A stretch of DNA of 64,000 nt from Nitrospirota bacterium (GCA_963703955.1 CAVPGK010000017.1:224001-288000), one strand, 5' to 3'. Shown: positions 52,783-63,748, numbered from the stretch's first letter. Translations and numbers: made by a program. The notes: a model not told the origin generated them from the letters alone.

Positions 52783-54690
52783 CTAGATACCTTGAATGGT
52801 CTGTCCGTCACCAGTGGCAGCGGATTGAAGACCATGCCGCCTGTCTCGCTCTAAGGCGACCAAGAGCAGGGAAACGGCGGCGGGAGTCACCCCGGATATT
52901 CTCGATGCCTGGCCGATGGAAGCTGGTCGGACTCGCCTGAGTTTTTCTAGGACTTCCTTCGAAAAACCGATAACGCTGTCGTAATTGAAAGAAATTGGAA
53001 TCTTCCGATCCTCCAATTTCTTGAAATTGGCGATCTGCTGCATTTGTCGTTTGATGTACCCTTCGTATTTCACTGTTATTTCAATAGCTTCTTTAACTTG
53101 ATCGTCATCTGGCCCAGGGTCTCCTGTCAAGCCAAGAAGGGTTTGATAGGTCAGTTCTTGGCGTCTGAGCAAATGGGCGAGTGTGAGATCGGGAGAAATA
53201 CCGTCAAGATTCATGACGGATAACTTACTACGGATCTCAGGGGTCCATGAGGGCTTGGTACGCTTGAGACGCGTGACCTCGCTATCGATCTGCTCGCGCT
53301 TCCTCAGTAGCTGACCATATGCCGTCTCGTCGATCAGGCCGAGTCGATGGCCGATGTCCATCAATCGCAGGTCGGCGTTGTCTTGGCGAAGGAGCAGGCG
53401 ATATTCCGCCCGAGATGTGAACATCCGATAGGGTTCCCGCGCATCCTTCGTGATGAGGTCATCGATCAACACCCCAATGTACGCTTGCGATCGATCCAAA
53501 ATCAGTGACTGCTCATCACGCATGCTCAACACGGCATTAATGCCCGCCATGATACCTTGCGCACCCGCCTCCTCATAGCCGGAGGTGCCGTTGATCTGAC
53601 CTGCATGGAAGAGGCCTGCAACCAACTTTGTTTCCAGTGTCGGGTGAAGCTGGCGCGGCGGGAAATAGTCGTACTCCACCGCGTACCCAGGCTTCAGCAT
53701 CTTCGCGTGCTCCAGGCCTGGAATGGTGCGAAGGATGGCCGCTTGCACGTCAACCGGAAGACTCGTGGAAATGCCGTTTGGGTAATACTCAAGAGTGTCT
53801 AACCCCTCTGGTTCTACGAAAATCTGGTGTCGCTGCTTGTCCGCAAACCGAACCACCTTATCCTCGATGGATGGGCAGTAACGCGGTCCGACCGATTCGA
53901 TTACCCCACTATACAAAGGGGATCGGTCGAGATTCTTCACGATGATCGCATGCGTTTCGGGGTTGGTATAGGTGAGATGGCAGGAAACTTGAGGCGTTGT
54001 GATTCGCTCGGTGCGGTAGGAAAAAGGCTTGGGAGGATTGTCGCCGGGCTGTGGAATCATCACACTGAAATCGATCGTGTCCCGGTCCAGACGAGGCGGC
54101 GTTCCTGTCTTCAGGCGCCCCACTTCGAACCCGAAGTCCCGCATGCAATCCGACAGGTGTTCGGCTGAGGCTTCGCCGGCTCTTCCGGCTGGAAAATGGC
54201 TTAGCCCGATGTGGATCAGGCCCTTGAGGAAGGTACCCGATGTCAAGATGACCGCGTGGGCTGTGATGGTTGCGCCGCCGTCCGTGACGACGCCGGTCAC
54301 CCTTCCCTGGCTGGTGAGCACTCGATCGACAGTCCCTTGACCGATCTCGAGCCCAGGTTGCGCGCGTAGCGTCTCCCGCATCGCACGGCGATACAGTTTC
54401 TTGTCGCATTGCGCGCGCAGAGCCCGAACGGCCGGCCCCTTGCTGGTGTTGATCATCCGAAACTGGATTCCCGAGCGATCGGTGTTGCGCCCCATCTCTC
54501 CTCCGAGCGCATCGATCTCTTTGATCAGGTGACCTTTCGCAATGCCGCCCATCGCAGGATTGCAGGACATTTGGGCGATCTTGTCCTGGTCCATTGTCAG
54601 GAGAAGAACACGGGTTCCCATACGGGCTGCGGCAAGCGCCGCTTCACACCCTGCATGCCCTCCTCCCACGACTATCACGTCATAAGGCAT
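52783..54690 (-). CDS. mnmG: tRNA modification enzyme MnmG (GidA)
   Basis: [39 protein letters not shown]. Confidence 0.97.
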   Translation of the reverse strand: MPYDVIVVGGGHAGCEAALAAARMGTRVLLLTMDQDKIAQMSCNPAMGGIAKGHLIKEIDALGGEMGRNTDRSGIQFRMINTSKGPAVRALRAQCDKKLYRRAMRETLRAQPGLEIGQGTVDRVLTSQGRVTGVVTDGGATITAHAVILTSGTFLKGLIHIGLSHFPAGRAGEASAEHLSDCMRDFGFEVGRLKTGTPPRLDRDTIDFSVMIPQPGDNPPKPFSYRTERITTPQVSCHLTYTNPETHAIIVKNLDRSPLYSGVIESVGPRYCPSIEDKVVRFADKQRHQIFVEPEGLDTLEYYPNGISTSLPVDVQAAILRTIPGLEHAKMLKPGYAVEYDYFPPRQLHPTLETKLVAGLFHAGQINGTSGYEEAGAQGIMAGINAVLSMRDEQSLILDRSQAYIGVLIDDLITKDAREPYRMFTSRAEYRLLLRQDNADLRLMDIGHRLGLIDETAYGQLLRKREQIDSEVTRLKRTKPSWTPEIRSKLSVMNLDGISPDLTLAHLLRRQELTYQTLLGLTGDPGPDDDQVKEAIEITVKYEGYIKRQMQQIANFKKLEDRKIPISFNYDSVIGFSKEVLEKLRRVRPASIGQASRISGVTPAAVSLLLVALERDRRHGLQSAATGDGQTIQGI

Positions 54691-54725
54691 GGAAAACCCC
54701 TTGGCACCTCTGGCCTTTTGACTCA

Positions 54726-56141
54726 CTATTTTCCGATACAAAATTCGCGGAAGATCCGGTCTAGAACATCGTCGGTGGTAATGGCCCCGGTGATTTCACC
54801 GAGCGCATCGAGCGCGCCGCGTAAGTCCATCGCGATGAACTCACCCGACAACTGCGACGTCACCGATTCAATCGCTTTGGCCAAGGCCGATTCGGCATTC
54901 ACCAAGCTGGTTCGATGCCGTATGCGTGTCACCATGGCCGCTTCACCGGGTTCGAGGCCACCTCTTCCCACAACCCCTCTGATCGTGTCCCGAAGATCCT
55001 CTAAGCCGGCTCCAGTCTTGGCCGAGATCCGGACTACGGACTTGAATTCAGCCAGTTCGAAGTCATGAATGCGGCTTGGCAGATCGCTCTTGTTCACGAC
55101 GACTACCAACGTTTTGTCGCGACCGAGACCCAGGAGGTCGTGATCTTCGGCACTGAGGGGAAAGGATCCGTCAAGCATGACCAGAAGCAGCTCCGCTTGC
55201 TCGATCGCGGCACGGCTACGTTTGATGCCCTCGTGCTCCACCAGATCGTCGGTCTCTCGCAGTCCGGCCGTGTCCAATAGCCGAACCGGAATACCCCGTA
55301 TATTCAACACCTCTTCCAACACGTCACGCGTGGTACCAGGCACAGCCGTCACGATGGCGCGATCAGTACCCAATAAGGCGTTGAGAAGACTGGATTTACC
55401 CACGTTGGGGCGTCCGATGATCGCGGCGGCCACTCCCTCACGCAGCACCCGCCCTTCCTCGTAGGTCTTAGCCAGTCGAGACACCTCCGTTCTTGTCTGC
55501 CGCAAGCTGCGGGCTAGGTCGTCCGGCCGAACAAAGGCCAGGTCTTCCTCCGTGAAATCGATCGCGGCTTCCACGTGCGCTAGCAGACCGATCAAGGTCT
55601 CCCGCATCCGGTCGACTTCCTTTGATAGCGCGCCTCGCAGTTGTTCTTGGGCGATCCTGAGGCTGCCGGTTGTCTTCGCGCGAATCGTGTCGAGCACGGC
55701 CTCGGCCTGAGTGAGGTTGAGTCGACCGTTCAGGAAGGCTCGTTTGGTGAATTCCCCCGGGTCGGCTAATCTGGCGCCGCGCCGGACCAATCCATCGCAC
55801 AGGCTCTGCAGCACCAGAGGGCCGCCATGGCAGTGGATTTCCACCACATCCTCAGCCGTAAACGAATGCGGGGCGCGCATGACGACGACCAGTGCCTCGT
55901 CAAGCGGCAGCGAATCGCGGTGAGGCTCGATGGGCGTGACCGCGACGTCAAACACATCCGCGTGATGAAGGGTATGACTCTGAACGGCGATCAACGATCG
56001 GCCGGATCGGAGACGAATCAGTTCGGAGGCGTAGGCGACGGCGTTCTCACCGCTGATGCGGACGATACCGATTCCCCCTTCCCCTACCGAAGTGGCGATG
56101 GCGCAAATCGTTTCGTCCATCCGTGCGGTCATAGACAACAT
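54726..56141 (-). CDS. mnmE: tRNA modification GTPase MnmE
   Basis: [34 protein letters not shown]. Confidence 0.97.
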   Translation of the reverse strand: MLSMTARMDETICAIATSVGEGGIGIVRISGENAVAYASELIRLRSGRSLIAVQSHTLHHADVFDVAVTPIEPHRDSLPLDEALVVVMRAPHSFTAEDVVEIHCHGGPLVLQSLCDGLVRRGARLADPGEFTKRAFLNGRLNLTQAEAVLDTIRAKTTGSLRIAQEQLRGALSKEVDRMRETLIGLLAHVEAAIDFTEEDLAFVRPDDLARSLRQTRTEVSRLAKTYEEGRVLREGVAAAIIGRPNVGKSSLLNALLGTDRAIVTAVPGTTRDVLEEVLNIRGIPVRLLDTAGLRETDDLVEHEGIKRSRAAIEQAELLLVMLDGSFPLSAEDHDLLGLGRDKTLVVVVNKSDLPSRIHDFELAEFKSVVRISAKTGAGLEDLRDTIRGVVGRGGLEPGEAAMVTRIRHRTSLVNAESALAKAIESVTSQLSGEFIAMDLRGALDALGEITGAITTDDVLDRIFREFCIGK

Positions 56142-57916
56142 TACGATTCGACGTGGCTCTCAGCCTCGGTCTTGGCGGCCTTTTTCTTGGCGCTCGATTT
56201 GTTGCCATCGCGTGTTTCTGTATCGGGTGCCGGTTCGGAGGGAGCGGTCGAGAAGGTCGGCTTCTTGAAGATGTACCGGTCCGTGACGAACTGTTGGGTG
56301 ATGGTAATCACGTTGTTTGTGAGCCAATACAGCACCAGACCGGCGGGAAAGGTCAGGAACAAGACGGTCATGAAGGCCGGCAACATCAACATGACTTTCG
56401 CTTGTGTGGGATCCATCGTCGTCGGCATGATCTTCTGCTGCAGGACCATCGAGGCGCCCATGATAACGGGGAGGACGTAATACGGATCTTGGACGGACAG
56501 GTCGGTGATCCAGAGAACGAACGGCGCCTGTCTCAGATCAATCGTCATATACAGAATGTTGAACAGGGCCACGAACACCGGCATCTGCAACAGCATCGGG
56601 AGGCACCCGCCAACCGGGTTAACCTTGTGGTCCCGGTAGAGCTTGATTAGCTCCTTGTTCAACCGTTCGCGATCGTCCTTGTACTTGGATTGGAGCGCCG
56701 CCACCTTGGGTTGAACGGACTGCATGTCTTTCATCGACTTGTAGCTCTTGTACTGGAGGGGAACGAACAGCAATTTGATCGCGACGGTGAGCAGGATAAT
56801 GGCGATCCCGTAGTTGCGGGTATAGTCGTAAATAAACCGCAGGACTGAGAACAGCGGCTTGGCCACAGCTTTCACAATGCTCCAGCTACCGTAGATGAAC
56901 CAGCCGAAGTCGATGGTGTCTTCGAGGCCGAGGTTCAACGACTTGAGTGTGTCGAACTCCTTTGGCCCGGCATACAACTGCATCGATGCGTCCGATGTGG
57001 CGGATGGAGGAGCAAACCGTAGGGCAGCGGAGACCACCTTATCCGTCTCTTTTTTCACCACCGCGGCTGAGGCCCCCGCGGGGATCAGGACGGTCAGGAA
57101 GTATTTGTCCTGAAGCGCGACCCACTCCACGGAGCCTTTGCGTTCGATCTCGGAATCCGGCGTATTCTTCTCAAGCTTGCCGTCAACGATCGAAGCGGGT
57201 CCGATCAGGCCGATGAAGCCTTCACCCCATTCGACGATGCCGAAGTTGGTGCCCAGCGTTACGTCGTAGCTGCTTCCTAGACCCTCGGTCTTCACGGACA
57301 CGTCTACGAGGTAGCTGTGGTGGTGAAAGGTCAGTTCCTTCACCACTCGGATGCCTTTTTGAGGCGACTCGTACGTCAAAGTGATCGTGCCCGTAGGGTG
57401 TGCCGCATCGAGCGTCGCGAAATTGCGCTGAGTCTTGTACAGACCTTCATTCACTTGTGCGGTGACGGATGAGTCTACCGATCGAATGGAAAGGGGATTG
57501 GGGAATTTGCCTCCGGCGTATTTCAATTGGATCGGCTCGGGATCCCGGCCGGAAGTCATGTATCGCTTCAATTGCCAACTCGTGATGGCCGCGCCGCGGT
57601 TCGTGATCACAGTCCGATAGAGATCGGTGTCAACCACCTGGGTCTCCTCGTCAGTGGAGGATTGCACGGTTTCTGCGGGGGGCTGTTCCTTCGGCTTGTT
57701 TGGCTGTGGACTCGGAGCCGATGGCTCGACCGTCCTACTGGATGACTGCGGGGGAGCGGATTCAGGACCGGCCGATGGCGTCTCGCGCACGGAACCGGGG
57801 GCCGGCGCGTCAGATTGGCTCGGCGGGGAGATAATTCCCATCTGTTTCAACAGGTAGTCATACCCGAAAATGATCGCCAGGGACAGGATCAGGAAGAGAA
57901 TAACCCGCTTTTCCAT
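56141..57916 (-). CDS. yidC: Membrane protein insertase YidC
   Basis: YAGPK, GGCLPMLLQMPVF, WITDLS, LYW. Confidence 0.96.
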   Translation of the reverse strand: MEKRVILFLILSLAIIFGYDYLLKQMGIISPPSQSDAPAPGSVRETPSAGPESAPPQSSSRTVEPSAPSPQPNKPKEQPPAETVQSSTDEETQVVDTDLYRTVITNRGAAITSWQLKRYMTSGRDPEPIQLKYAGGKFPNPLSIRSVDSSVTAQVNEGLYKTQRNFATLDAAHPTGTITLTYESPQKGIRVVKELTFHHHSYLVDVSVKTEGLGSSYDVTLGTNFGIVEWGEGFIGLIGPASIVDGKLEKNTPDSEIERKGSVEWVALQDKYFLTVLIPAGASAAVVKKETDKVVSAALRFAPPSATSDASMQLYAGPKEFDTLKSLNLGLEDTIDFGWFIYGSWSIVKAVAKPLFSVLRFIYDYTRNYGIAIILLTVAIKLLFVPLQYKSYKSMKDMQSVQPKVAALQSKYKDDRERLNKELIKLYRDHKVNPVGGCLPMLLQMPVFVALFNILYMTIDLRQAPFVLWITDLSVQDPYYVLPVIMGASMVLQQKIMPTTMDPTQAKVMLMLPAFMTVLFLTFPAGLVLYWLTNNVITITQQFVTDRYIFKKPTFSTAPSEPAPDTETRDGNKSSAKKKAAKTEAESHVES

Positions 57917-58037
57917 CAACGCAACGACTCCTCGGTGTCAACGGCCCATGATCAGCGGTCGGCAGGAAATGGAACGGCAAGAGATCGTCATTGGGTTTCT
58001 GCAATTGCTGGTCGCCGGCTGATTGCTGGCGCCAGTC

Positions 58038-58247
58038 CTATTTGACGGGGTCAAGGCCACCGGGGTGGAATGGATGACATTTCAATACGCGAAGGATGGT
58101 CCGCGGCAGCCCGAGAATCACTCCGTGTCGGCGAATCGCCTCTATGGCGTACTGAGAGCAGGTAGGTTCAAAACGACAGGCGGGAGGAAGCAGCGGCGAG
58201 ACCCATCGCCGGTACTGTGCGATACATCCTATGCAGATTCGTTGCAT
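58038..58247 (-). CDS. yidD: Membrane protein insertion efficiency factor YidD
   Basis: [23 protein letters not shown]. Confidence 0.93.
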   Translation of the reverse strand: MQRICIGCIAQYRRWVSPLLPPACRFEPTCSQYAIEAIRRHGVILGLPRTILRVLKCHPFHPGGLDPVK

Positions 58248-58612
58248 CGAAGATCCGATAGAGACATCAATAATCCTTCTTGTTTCAGCGCTGCAACCCA
58301 GGCGTCCCGGAGCCGAGAATGCCGAACGGTAAGCGCCTCTCGTCTGGGAAAGATCAAGACATCATGCCCCGCGAGGAACTGATTTCCCGTCTGCCGCGCG
58401 AGTTCCCTGAAAATACGCTTCGCCCGATTTCTCACGACCGCACCGCCAAATCGCTTCCCGACGATGACCCCTACTCGAGTCTGGTGGAACCCCGACGCAG
58501 AGGAGACAAGATTGAACAGCGGAGTTGGGAGTCGACGTCCGCATTTCTTCACCCGTTCGATGTCGGCGCTGTTTCGCAGGAAGTGAGGGCGGCGTGCAGG
58601 CAGACCGGGCAT
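58229..58612 (-). CDS. rnpA: RNase P protein
   Basis: [20 protein letters not shown]. Confidence 0.93.
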   Translation of the reverse strand: MPGLPARRPHFLRNSADIERVKKCGRRLPTPLFNLVSSASGFHQTRVGVIVGKRFGGAVVRNRAKRIFRELARQTGNQFLAGHDVLIFPRREALTVRHSRLRDAWVAALKQEGLLMSLSDLRCNESA

Positions 58613-58632
58613 GAATACAGCGGGGCGGCTAG

Positions 58633-58770
58633 TTATACGGTCAGTCGAGCCCGACCTTTTGCCCGTCGACGGGCCAAAACCTTCCGACCATTCTTGGTGC
58701 TCATGCGCTTGCGGAATCCATGATCTCTTTTGCGTTTGAGATTGGACGGCTGTCTGAACGTGGCTGACAT
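58633..58770 (-). CDS. rpmH: 50S ribosomal protein L34 (not in ORF track)
   Basis: [45 protein letters not shown]. Confidence 0.96.
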   Translation of the reverse strand: MSATFRQPSNLKRKRDHGFRKRMSTKNGRKVLARRRAKGRARLTV

Positions 58771-58804
58771 CTCGTACTCCCTTCCCTACCTGATAAAGAT
58801 TGAT

Positions 58805-58833
58805 ATTATAGGGATGGCCCGGCGAGCTGTCAA
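58805..58833 (-). promoter_or_regulatory. Consensus sigma70 promoter of rpmH operon
   Basis: TTGACA-17 bp-TATAAT exact. Confidence 0.9.
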
Positions 58834-59110
58834 TCACGGGCCTGCATCCATCCGGATGACGTTGGCCCTTCGAGGCGGGAGCCGACCTCTTAGCCGCTAG
58901 TCTTTGATCCAGAACACAGCCCGCTGACTATGCGGCTGTGTCCTCCCTGGTCTTTGGCGTTCTCGAAAAGCTCCGTTAATAATGGGGGCATGAGGCGCTT
59001 TTGCCTGTGACTGAGCTATTCGGCCTCATCGTCTGGTCGTGCGCAGTTGACTCACCGTCATCAGGAAATGCAAGTCATGTGATTATCTTCGTTTTGAGTC
59101 AAGTGAAGCA

Positions 59111-59126
59111 TGGCACCTCGTTTGCT
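59111..59126 (+). promoter_or_regulatory. Consensus sigma54 promoter
   Basis: TGGCACCTCGTTTGCT. Confidence 0.85.
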
Positions 59127-59200
59127 GACACTTATCCATGTGCAGTGTCGCCTCACCGTTGCTTGGGGCGAACTTTCTTGATGGAAGGAGGTGAGGGAGG

Positions 59201-59374
59201 ATGAGAAAGACACTTATGGCTGTGATGGCTCTGGTCATCGGACTGACATTCGGCTTAGCGACCTATGCCAAGGCCGATGAGAAAAAGCCGGCGCCGACCG
59301 CGACTGAGAAGAAGGACGAGAAGAAGGCCGGGAGCGCTGAGAAAAAGGAAACTAAGAAGCCTGAAAAGAAGTAA
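59201..59374 (+). CDS. 57-aa secreted Lys/Glu-rich protein (not in ORF track)
   Basis: MRKTLMAVMALVIGLTFGLATYAKA signal, then DEKKPAPTATEKKDEKK...PEKK; strong GGAGG RBS. Confidence 0.8.
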   Translation: MRKTLMAVMALVIGLTFGLATYAKADEKKPAPTATEKKDEKKAGSAEKKETKKPEKK

Positions 59375-59386
59375 CGGTAGCATAGT

Positions 59387-59439
59387 AAAGAGACCGGCCC
59401 CTTCGGATTCTCCCAAACGAAGGGCGCCGGGTCTCTTTG
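59387..59439 (+). terminator. Intrinsic terminator/attenuator
   Basis: AAAGAGACCGGCCCCTTCG...CGAAGGGCGCCGGGTCTCTTT. Confidence 0.65.
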
Positions 59440-59503
59440 TCTGCTCAGCGCCAATGGCTACCTCGATCATTTGGTGCCAAAATCCCATCAGGAGGAACAT
59501 TCG

Positions 59504-60115
59504 ATGAATCGATTAGCGATTGTTGCGCTGATCCCGATTGTGATAGTCATCGTTGCCGGATGCGCCAAAGCCCCAGCGGAGAAGCTTTCGTCCGCTGAAG
59601 CGGCCGTTGACCAGGCCAAGACAGCCGGCGCTCCTACGTATATGGCCGAGGATTTTGCTAAACTACAAACCATGCTGACCTCGGCGAAAAATGAAATCGC
59701 GGAGCAGGATGGCAAGTTCGGGTTCCTCCGCGATTATGAAAAGTCCGAACAATTGCTGACCGCCCTCCAAGCTGATGCGACCCGCGTTGCCGTGGAAACG
59801 ACTAAGAAGAAGGACGAAGCGAAAGCGTCCGCCGTCCAGGCCCAGCAAGCCGCTCAAGAGTCGGTCAAGAAAGCTCAGGATCTTGTCGCGATGGCCCCGG
59901 TCGGGAAAGATCGGGCGGCATTGCATGAGATCAAAGCTGATGTAGACGGCCTCGCGGCGTCGGTGAGCGAAGTGCAATCGGCGATGGATGCCGGTGATTT
60001 CAAGGCGGCCCAGGCCAAGGCTCACGCTATCCAGGACAAGAGTCAGCAGGTCTCAGCGGAGATCGAAAGTGCGTTGGCCAAAGTGCAGAAGGCCAAACCG
60101 GGAAAGAAAAAATAG
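59504..60115 (+). CDS. Helical Ala/Lys-rich lipoprotein (DUF4398-like)
   Basis: Lipobox VAGC; AKTAGAPTYMAEDF; ends KPGKKK. Confidence 0.8.
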   Translation: MNRLAIVALIPIVIVIVAGCAKAPAEKLSSAEAAVDQAKTAGAPTYMAEDFAKLQTMLTSAKNEIAEQDGKFGFLRDYEKSEQLLTALQADATRVAVETTKKKDEAKASAVQAQQAAQESVKKAQDLVAMAPVGKDRAALHEIKADVDGLAASVSEVQSAMDAGDFKAAQAKAHAIQDKSQQVSAEIESALAKVQKAKPGKKK

Positions 60116-60120
60116 CCACC

Positions 60121-61257
60121 ATGACCGTGTTCCCCTCTTACCTCCGCCTCGTCTCTGCCACCATTGTGCTGGTCGGAAGCCTGTCCGCGTGCGTGCAAAA
60201 GGCCCCGCCGGATCTCCTTGAGGCCATCGACTCCTTGGACCGCCGGCTTGTGGAGATTAAGAGCGCGGAATTCGCGCCGGAGGAGTACGCCAGCTTTGTC
60301 AAGCATTGGGTGGCAATGAAGGGACGTCTCCTGGCCGAGGAGGATGTCGTCCGGTGGCCCTGGGAACCCAACCAATTGGTCGCAGATCTCCGGAGGGTTC
60401 GGGAGGAAGGCGAGAAAGCTCTTGCGGAATCTCTCCAGCGACGAGACGCCGAGCGACTGACCGTGGAATCGCGCCTGGCCATGGTGGAAGGACGATTCCG
60501 TCTGTTCACCGGCCATGTCCAAGGTATGGGGAGTCGCGCAGTTCTCGGCAGGCGGCCGATCGAGACGGAGCTGCTGGTGCGCCAGGCCCGGTCCTTCTTT
60601 GAGCAGGGGCTTTTTTCTCGATCAGACTCCAGCGTTCGACGGGCTTCGAGGCTGATGGATGATCAAGCCGCCATTCTGACGAGCGAGTTGGGTCACTACG
60701 CCAATGAACGCAAGGTCCAAGCCTGGCGTCAAATGGCGCATCGCACTGTGGAATGGTCGCGAGTGAATCGCGCCTCCGCGATCGTCGTGAGTAAAGCCGA
60801 CCGGCGTCTCATGCTTTACAGGAACGGGCGTCAGGTCATGTCCTATCCGGTGCGGTTGGGCTACAATGGCATTCTGGAGAAGCGCTATCAAGGCGACGGA
60901 GCGACACCCGAAGGTCACTACCGTGTGATTCGGAAGCGGGACCGAGGACAGACGCAATTCTACCGGGCGTTCCTGCTGGATTATCCGAACGGGGAGGATC
61001 GCCGGCGCTTCCATCAAGCTCAACGCAGAGGCATGATCCCGCAAGAGGCGTTCATCGGTGGCCAGATTGAAATTCACGGCAGCGACGATGAGGTCTTGAG
61101 CAAGACACTCGGGTGTATTATGCTCGACAACCAGCAGATCGATGCGTTGTTTAAGGATGTCGACGTGGGGACCCCCGTCACGATCGTTGGGGCGATTCAA
61201 CGGACCAACTCCATCTCTCTGGCGTTGGCGGAACTGGAGAGGTCCGAAGAAGGTTAG
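60121..61257 (+). CDS. L,D-transpeptidase family lipoprotein (YkuD)
   Basis: LSAC lipobox; GDGATPEG, IEIHG...TLGCI. Confidence 0.9.
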   Translation: MTVFPSYLRLVSATIVLVGSLSACVQKAPPDLLEAIDSLDRRLVEIKSAEFAPEEYASFVKHWVAMKGRLLAEEDVVRWPWEPNQLVADLRRVREEGEKALAESLQRRDAERLTVESRLAMVEGRFRLFTGHVQGMGSRAVLGRRPIETELLVRQARSFFEQGLFSRSDSSVRRASRLMDDQAAILTSELGHYANERKVQAWRQMAHRTVEWSRVNRASAIVVSKADRRLMLYRNGRQVMSYPVRLGYNGILEKRYQGDGATPEGHYRVIRKRDRGQTQFYRAFLLDYPNGEDRRRFHQAQRRGMIPQEAFIGGQIEIHGSDDEVLSKTLGCIMLDNQQIDALFKDVDVGTPVTIVGAIQRTNSISLALAELERSEEG

Positions 61258-61908
61258 TTGACCGTGCAGGACCTCGTTGCCTCTCAACGAAGAATTGCCT
61301 GCCTTCTCTTTCTTCTCCTCGGATTTCCGTGGTTCCCCGCCTGCGAGTTCGGAGGCTCAGGAGCCGATGTCGGTGCGGAGGTCTCTGAACGCACCGATCA
61401 GAACATCGAGAGCCTGCGCACCAGGCATGCTGCACTCAAGCGCCAGCTGGCCCAGCAGGCGCCCTCCGGCCATTACATCATCGTCGACACGGCGCGCAAT
61501 CGCCTTTACGTCAAACGTCGGCAAGACACACTTCTTGATGCGTTGGCCTCAACAGGGAGCGGCACGATCCTTGACAAACCCGATGAGCCTGGGGTGCGCT
61601 GGGTGTTCGATACGCCGCGCGGCGAGTTCACCATTCAGTCTCGGCTGACGAATCCGGTCTGGGTGAAGCCCGACTGGGTCTTTGTTGAAGAAGGGCTCAG
61701 GGTGCCGACCGATCCCACCGAGCGGGTTGAGTCTGGGATTCTTGGTGACTATGCCCTCGGGTTTGGCAAAGGCTATTTCATCCATGGGACGCTGTATCTC
61801 CGGTTGCTGGGGAAGAATGTGACGCACGGTTGCATTCGTCTGAACGACGATGATCTCCGATCAGTTTACAAACTTGCCAAGGTCGGCACGCCCGTCATGA
61901 TCTTTTGA
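61258..61908 (+). CDS. L,D-transpeptidase family protein (YkuD)
   Basis: TPRGEF, NPVW, FIHGT...THGCIRL. Confidence 0.92.
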   Translation: MTVQDLVASQRRIACLLFLLLGFPWFPACEFGGSGADVGAEVSERTDQNIESLRTRHAALKRQLAQQAPSGHYIIVDTARNRLYVKRRQDTLLDALASTGSGTILDKPDEPGVRWVFDTPRGEFTIQSRLTNPVWVKPDWVFVEEGLRVPTDPTERVESGILGDYALGFGKGYFIHGTLYLRLLGKNVTHGCIRLNDDDLRSVYKLAKVGTPVMIF

Positions 61909-61914
61909 TCCCAA

Positions 61915-62607
61915 GTGAACACACGCGATCCGCGGCCCGTTTACCCTCGCCTATTCCGTGATGCTTCCTCAAACTCCCAGTATTGGTCTTTGTGCCTCTT
62001 CCTTCTTGCGGCAATTGTGTCGGCTGTGTCCGTGAGCGCTTCCTCTCACAATGAGAGCTGGGACGATTCCCGTTCGCTAGCAGAAGCGAATCGGCTGCTG
62101 GAAGAGGAAATCAAGCTTGCCGCGCGTCCTCAGATCTATTTGGTGATCGATCTGTCCCAAAACGTAATCCTGGTCAAGGGACGAGGCGTCGAGCTGTACC
62201 GACTCCCGATCACGTCGTGGCGCCTCTCAAAAGACGCATCGGTGGCGGGAGTCCTTCGTCTGCAGGCGAGGCCCCGGCTCATTCGGCCAAAGGCCACCCC
62301 GGTTGAGGATACTCCAGCGGTCATTGAGCTCAAGGACATGCCGCAAGCGTACGATCTCCTGTTCCAACCGCCCCTGACCATTGTCGTTGCGCCGCTTGCT
62401 CAAGAAGAGCTATGGCTCTGGGCCAAGAGCCGGATTCGAGAATGGTGGGAACGTTTGACGCTTGCCGCGGGCTTTGCTTCAGACCGCGAAAGCATCGCTG
62501 GTCCACGCCTCCGCCTCACCCTCTCACAGGATGCTGCCAGGTCACTCGCTTGGGTGGTGACTGATGGGATGGCGTTGATCATCACACAACCCACGCAACG
62601 GAATTAA
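61915..62607 (+). CDS. Exported L,D-transpeptidase-like protein lacking catalytic His/Cys
   Basis: YLVIDLSQN and RLRLTLSQDAARSL resemble YkuD flanks; no HG..GC motif. Confidence 0.55.
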   Translation: MNTRDPRPVYPRLFRDASSNSQYWSLCLFLLAAIVSAVSVSASSHNESWDDSRSLAEANRLLEEEIKLAARPQIYLVIDLSQNVILVKGRGVELYRLPITSWRLSKDASVAGVLRLQARPRLIRPKATPVEDTPAVIELKDMPQAYDLLFQPPLTIVVAPLAQEELWLWAKSRIREWWERLTLAAGFASDRESIAGPRLRLTLSQDAARSLAWVVTDGMALIITQPTQRN

Positions 62608-62699
62608 CCTCCACCCGATTGCCTTTTTGCGCGCAGCCAGCCTAAGATACAAACCAAACCTGCCTGTCCTCAATAAACCCTCAATTGTAGGGACGAAAC

Positions 62700-62969
62700 A
62701 TGGCCCAGTCTGTCGTAAGTGCGAAACTTGGCCCTTTTCGAAAGCGTGTCGATTCTGTCCTGGCCGATATGGCGCAGAAGCGAATCGCCGCTCGCCTGTG
62801 GGCTAAGGACCATCGTCTCTGGAAGCCCCTCGAAGCGCACCAGCGCCCGGTAGTGCGTGTTCAGCTAGCCCGGAACACCGCCTCGAGCATCAAGACACTG
62901 ATCACCAACACGACACAGGGCAGGCGTCGCGCGTTGCGCACGTCACGGACCAGCCGGCGGAAGCGATAA
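62700..62969 (+). pseudogene. Internally deleted glucose-6-phosphate isomerase (Tal/Pgi-type) remnant
   Basis: RIAARLWAKDHRLWKP (N-terminal-like motif) joined to LEAHQRPVVRVQL (C-terminal-like motif); directly upstream of pgl and glk. Confidence 0.55.
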
Positions 62970-63748
62970 TGGGCGCGGCACTCGAACGTCACATCCTGCG
63001 AGATGACAAGGAAGTGGCGCATGAGGCGGCCGAGTTCGTCGTGTGGCTGGCTGAGCAAACCATCAAAGCCGGTAACATATTTCGGGTGGCTCTATCCGGC
63101 GGATCGACGCCCAGGCAACTGTATGAGACGCTGTCTGGTCCGGTCTTTCGCAAACAGGTGGAGTGGTCGTCCGCCGAGTTCTATTTCAGCGACGAACGCT
63201 GTGTGCCGCCCTCGCATCCCGACAGCAACTTCCGAATGGCCCAGGAGGCCCTGTTCGGACCTCTGGGTATCGCTCCCGATCGGGTCTTTCGTATGCCTGG
63301 TGAGGCCGAGGACCCTGATGCGGCCGCTCGACGCTATGAATCCATGATTCGTCAACAGTTCAATACCCCCACCCCGGCATGGCCGAGATTTCATCTGATT
63401 CTTCTTGGATTGGGAGAGGATGGCCATACGGCTTCTCTGTTTCCCGGCGCACCGGCTCTCCGCGAAGGGAGTCGCGCGATCGTACCCACGCAGTCACCGA
63501 AGGGCGTCCCGAATCGACTCACCTTTACCTTGCCGCTCATCAACCAAGCGGCCACGACTGTGTTCGAGGTGACCGGCACGCAGAAGGCCCGGATGGTCAA
63601 AGCGGTTCTGGAGGAGCGCGGAGCGGCGGCGCCCTATCCCGCGCAACTGGTCCGCCCGGTAAACGGAAGACTGATCTGGTTCCTTGATCGCCAGGCCGCG
63701 TCAGAGCTAGCGCCTGAGAAACAACAAATGACCTATGAAGAGGAATAA
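62969..63748 (+). CDS. pgl: 6-phosphogluconolactonase
   Basis: ALSGGSTP, DERCVP, DSNF, LGLGEDGHTASLFP. Confidence 0.95.
   Translation: MGAALERHILRDDKEVAHEAAEFVVWLAEQTIKAGNIFRVALSGGSTPRQLYETLSGPVFRKQVEWSSAEFYFSDERCVPPSHPDSNFRMAQEALFGPLGIAPDRVFRMPGEAEDPDAAARRYESMIRQQFNTPTPAWPRFHLILLGLGEDGHTASLFPGAPALREGSRAIVPTQSPKGVPNRLTFTLPLINQAATTVFEVTGTQKARMVKAVLEERGAAAPYPAQLVRPVNGRLIWFLDRQAASELAPEKQQMTYEEE

Noticed and set aside
59132..59140. DnaA box / oriC
   Set aside because: Isolated TTATCCATG with two mismatches; no cluster or AT-rich unwinding element
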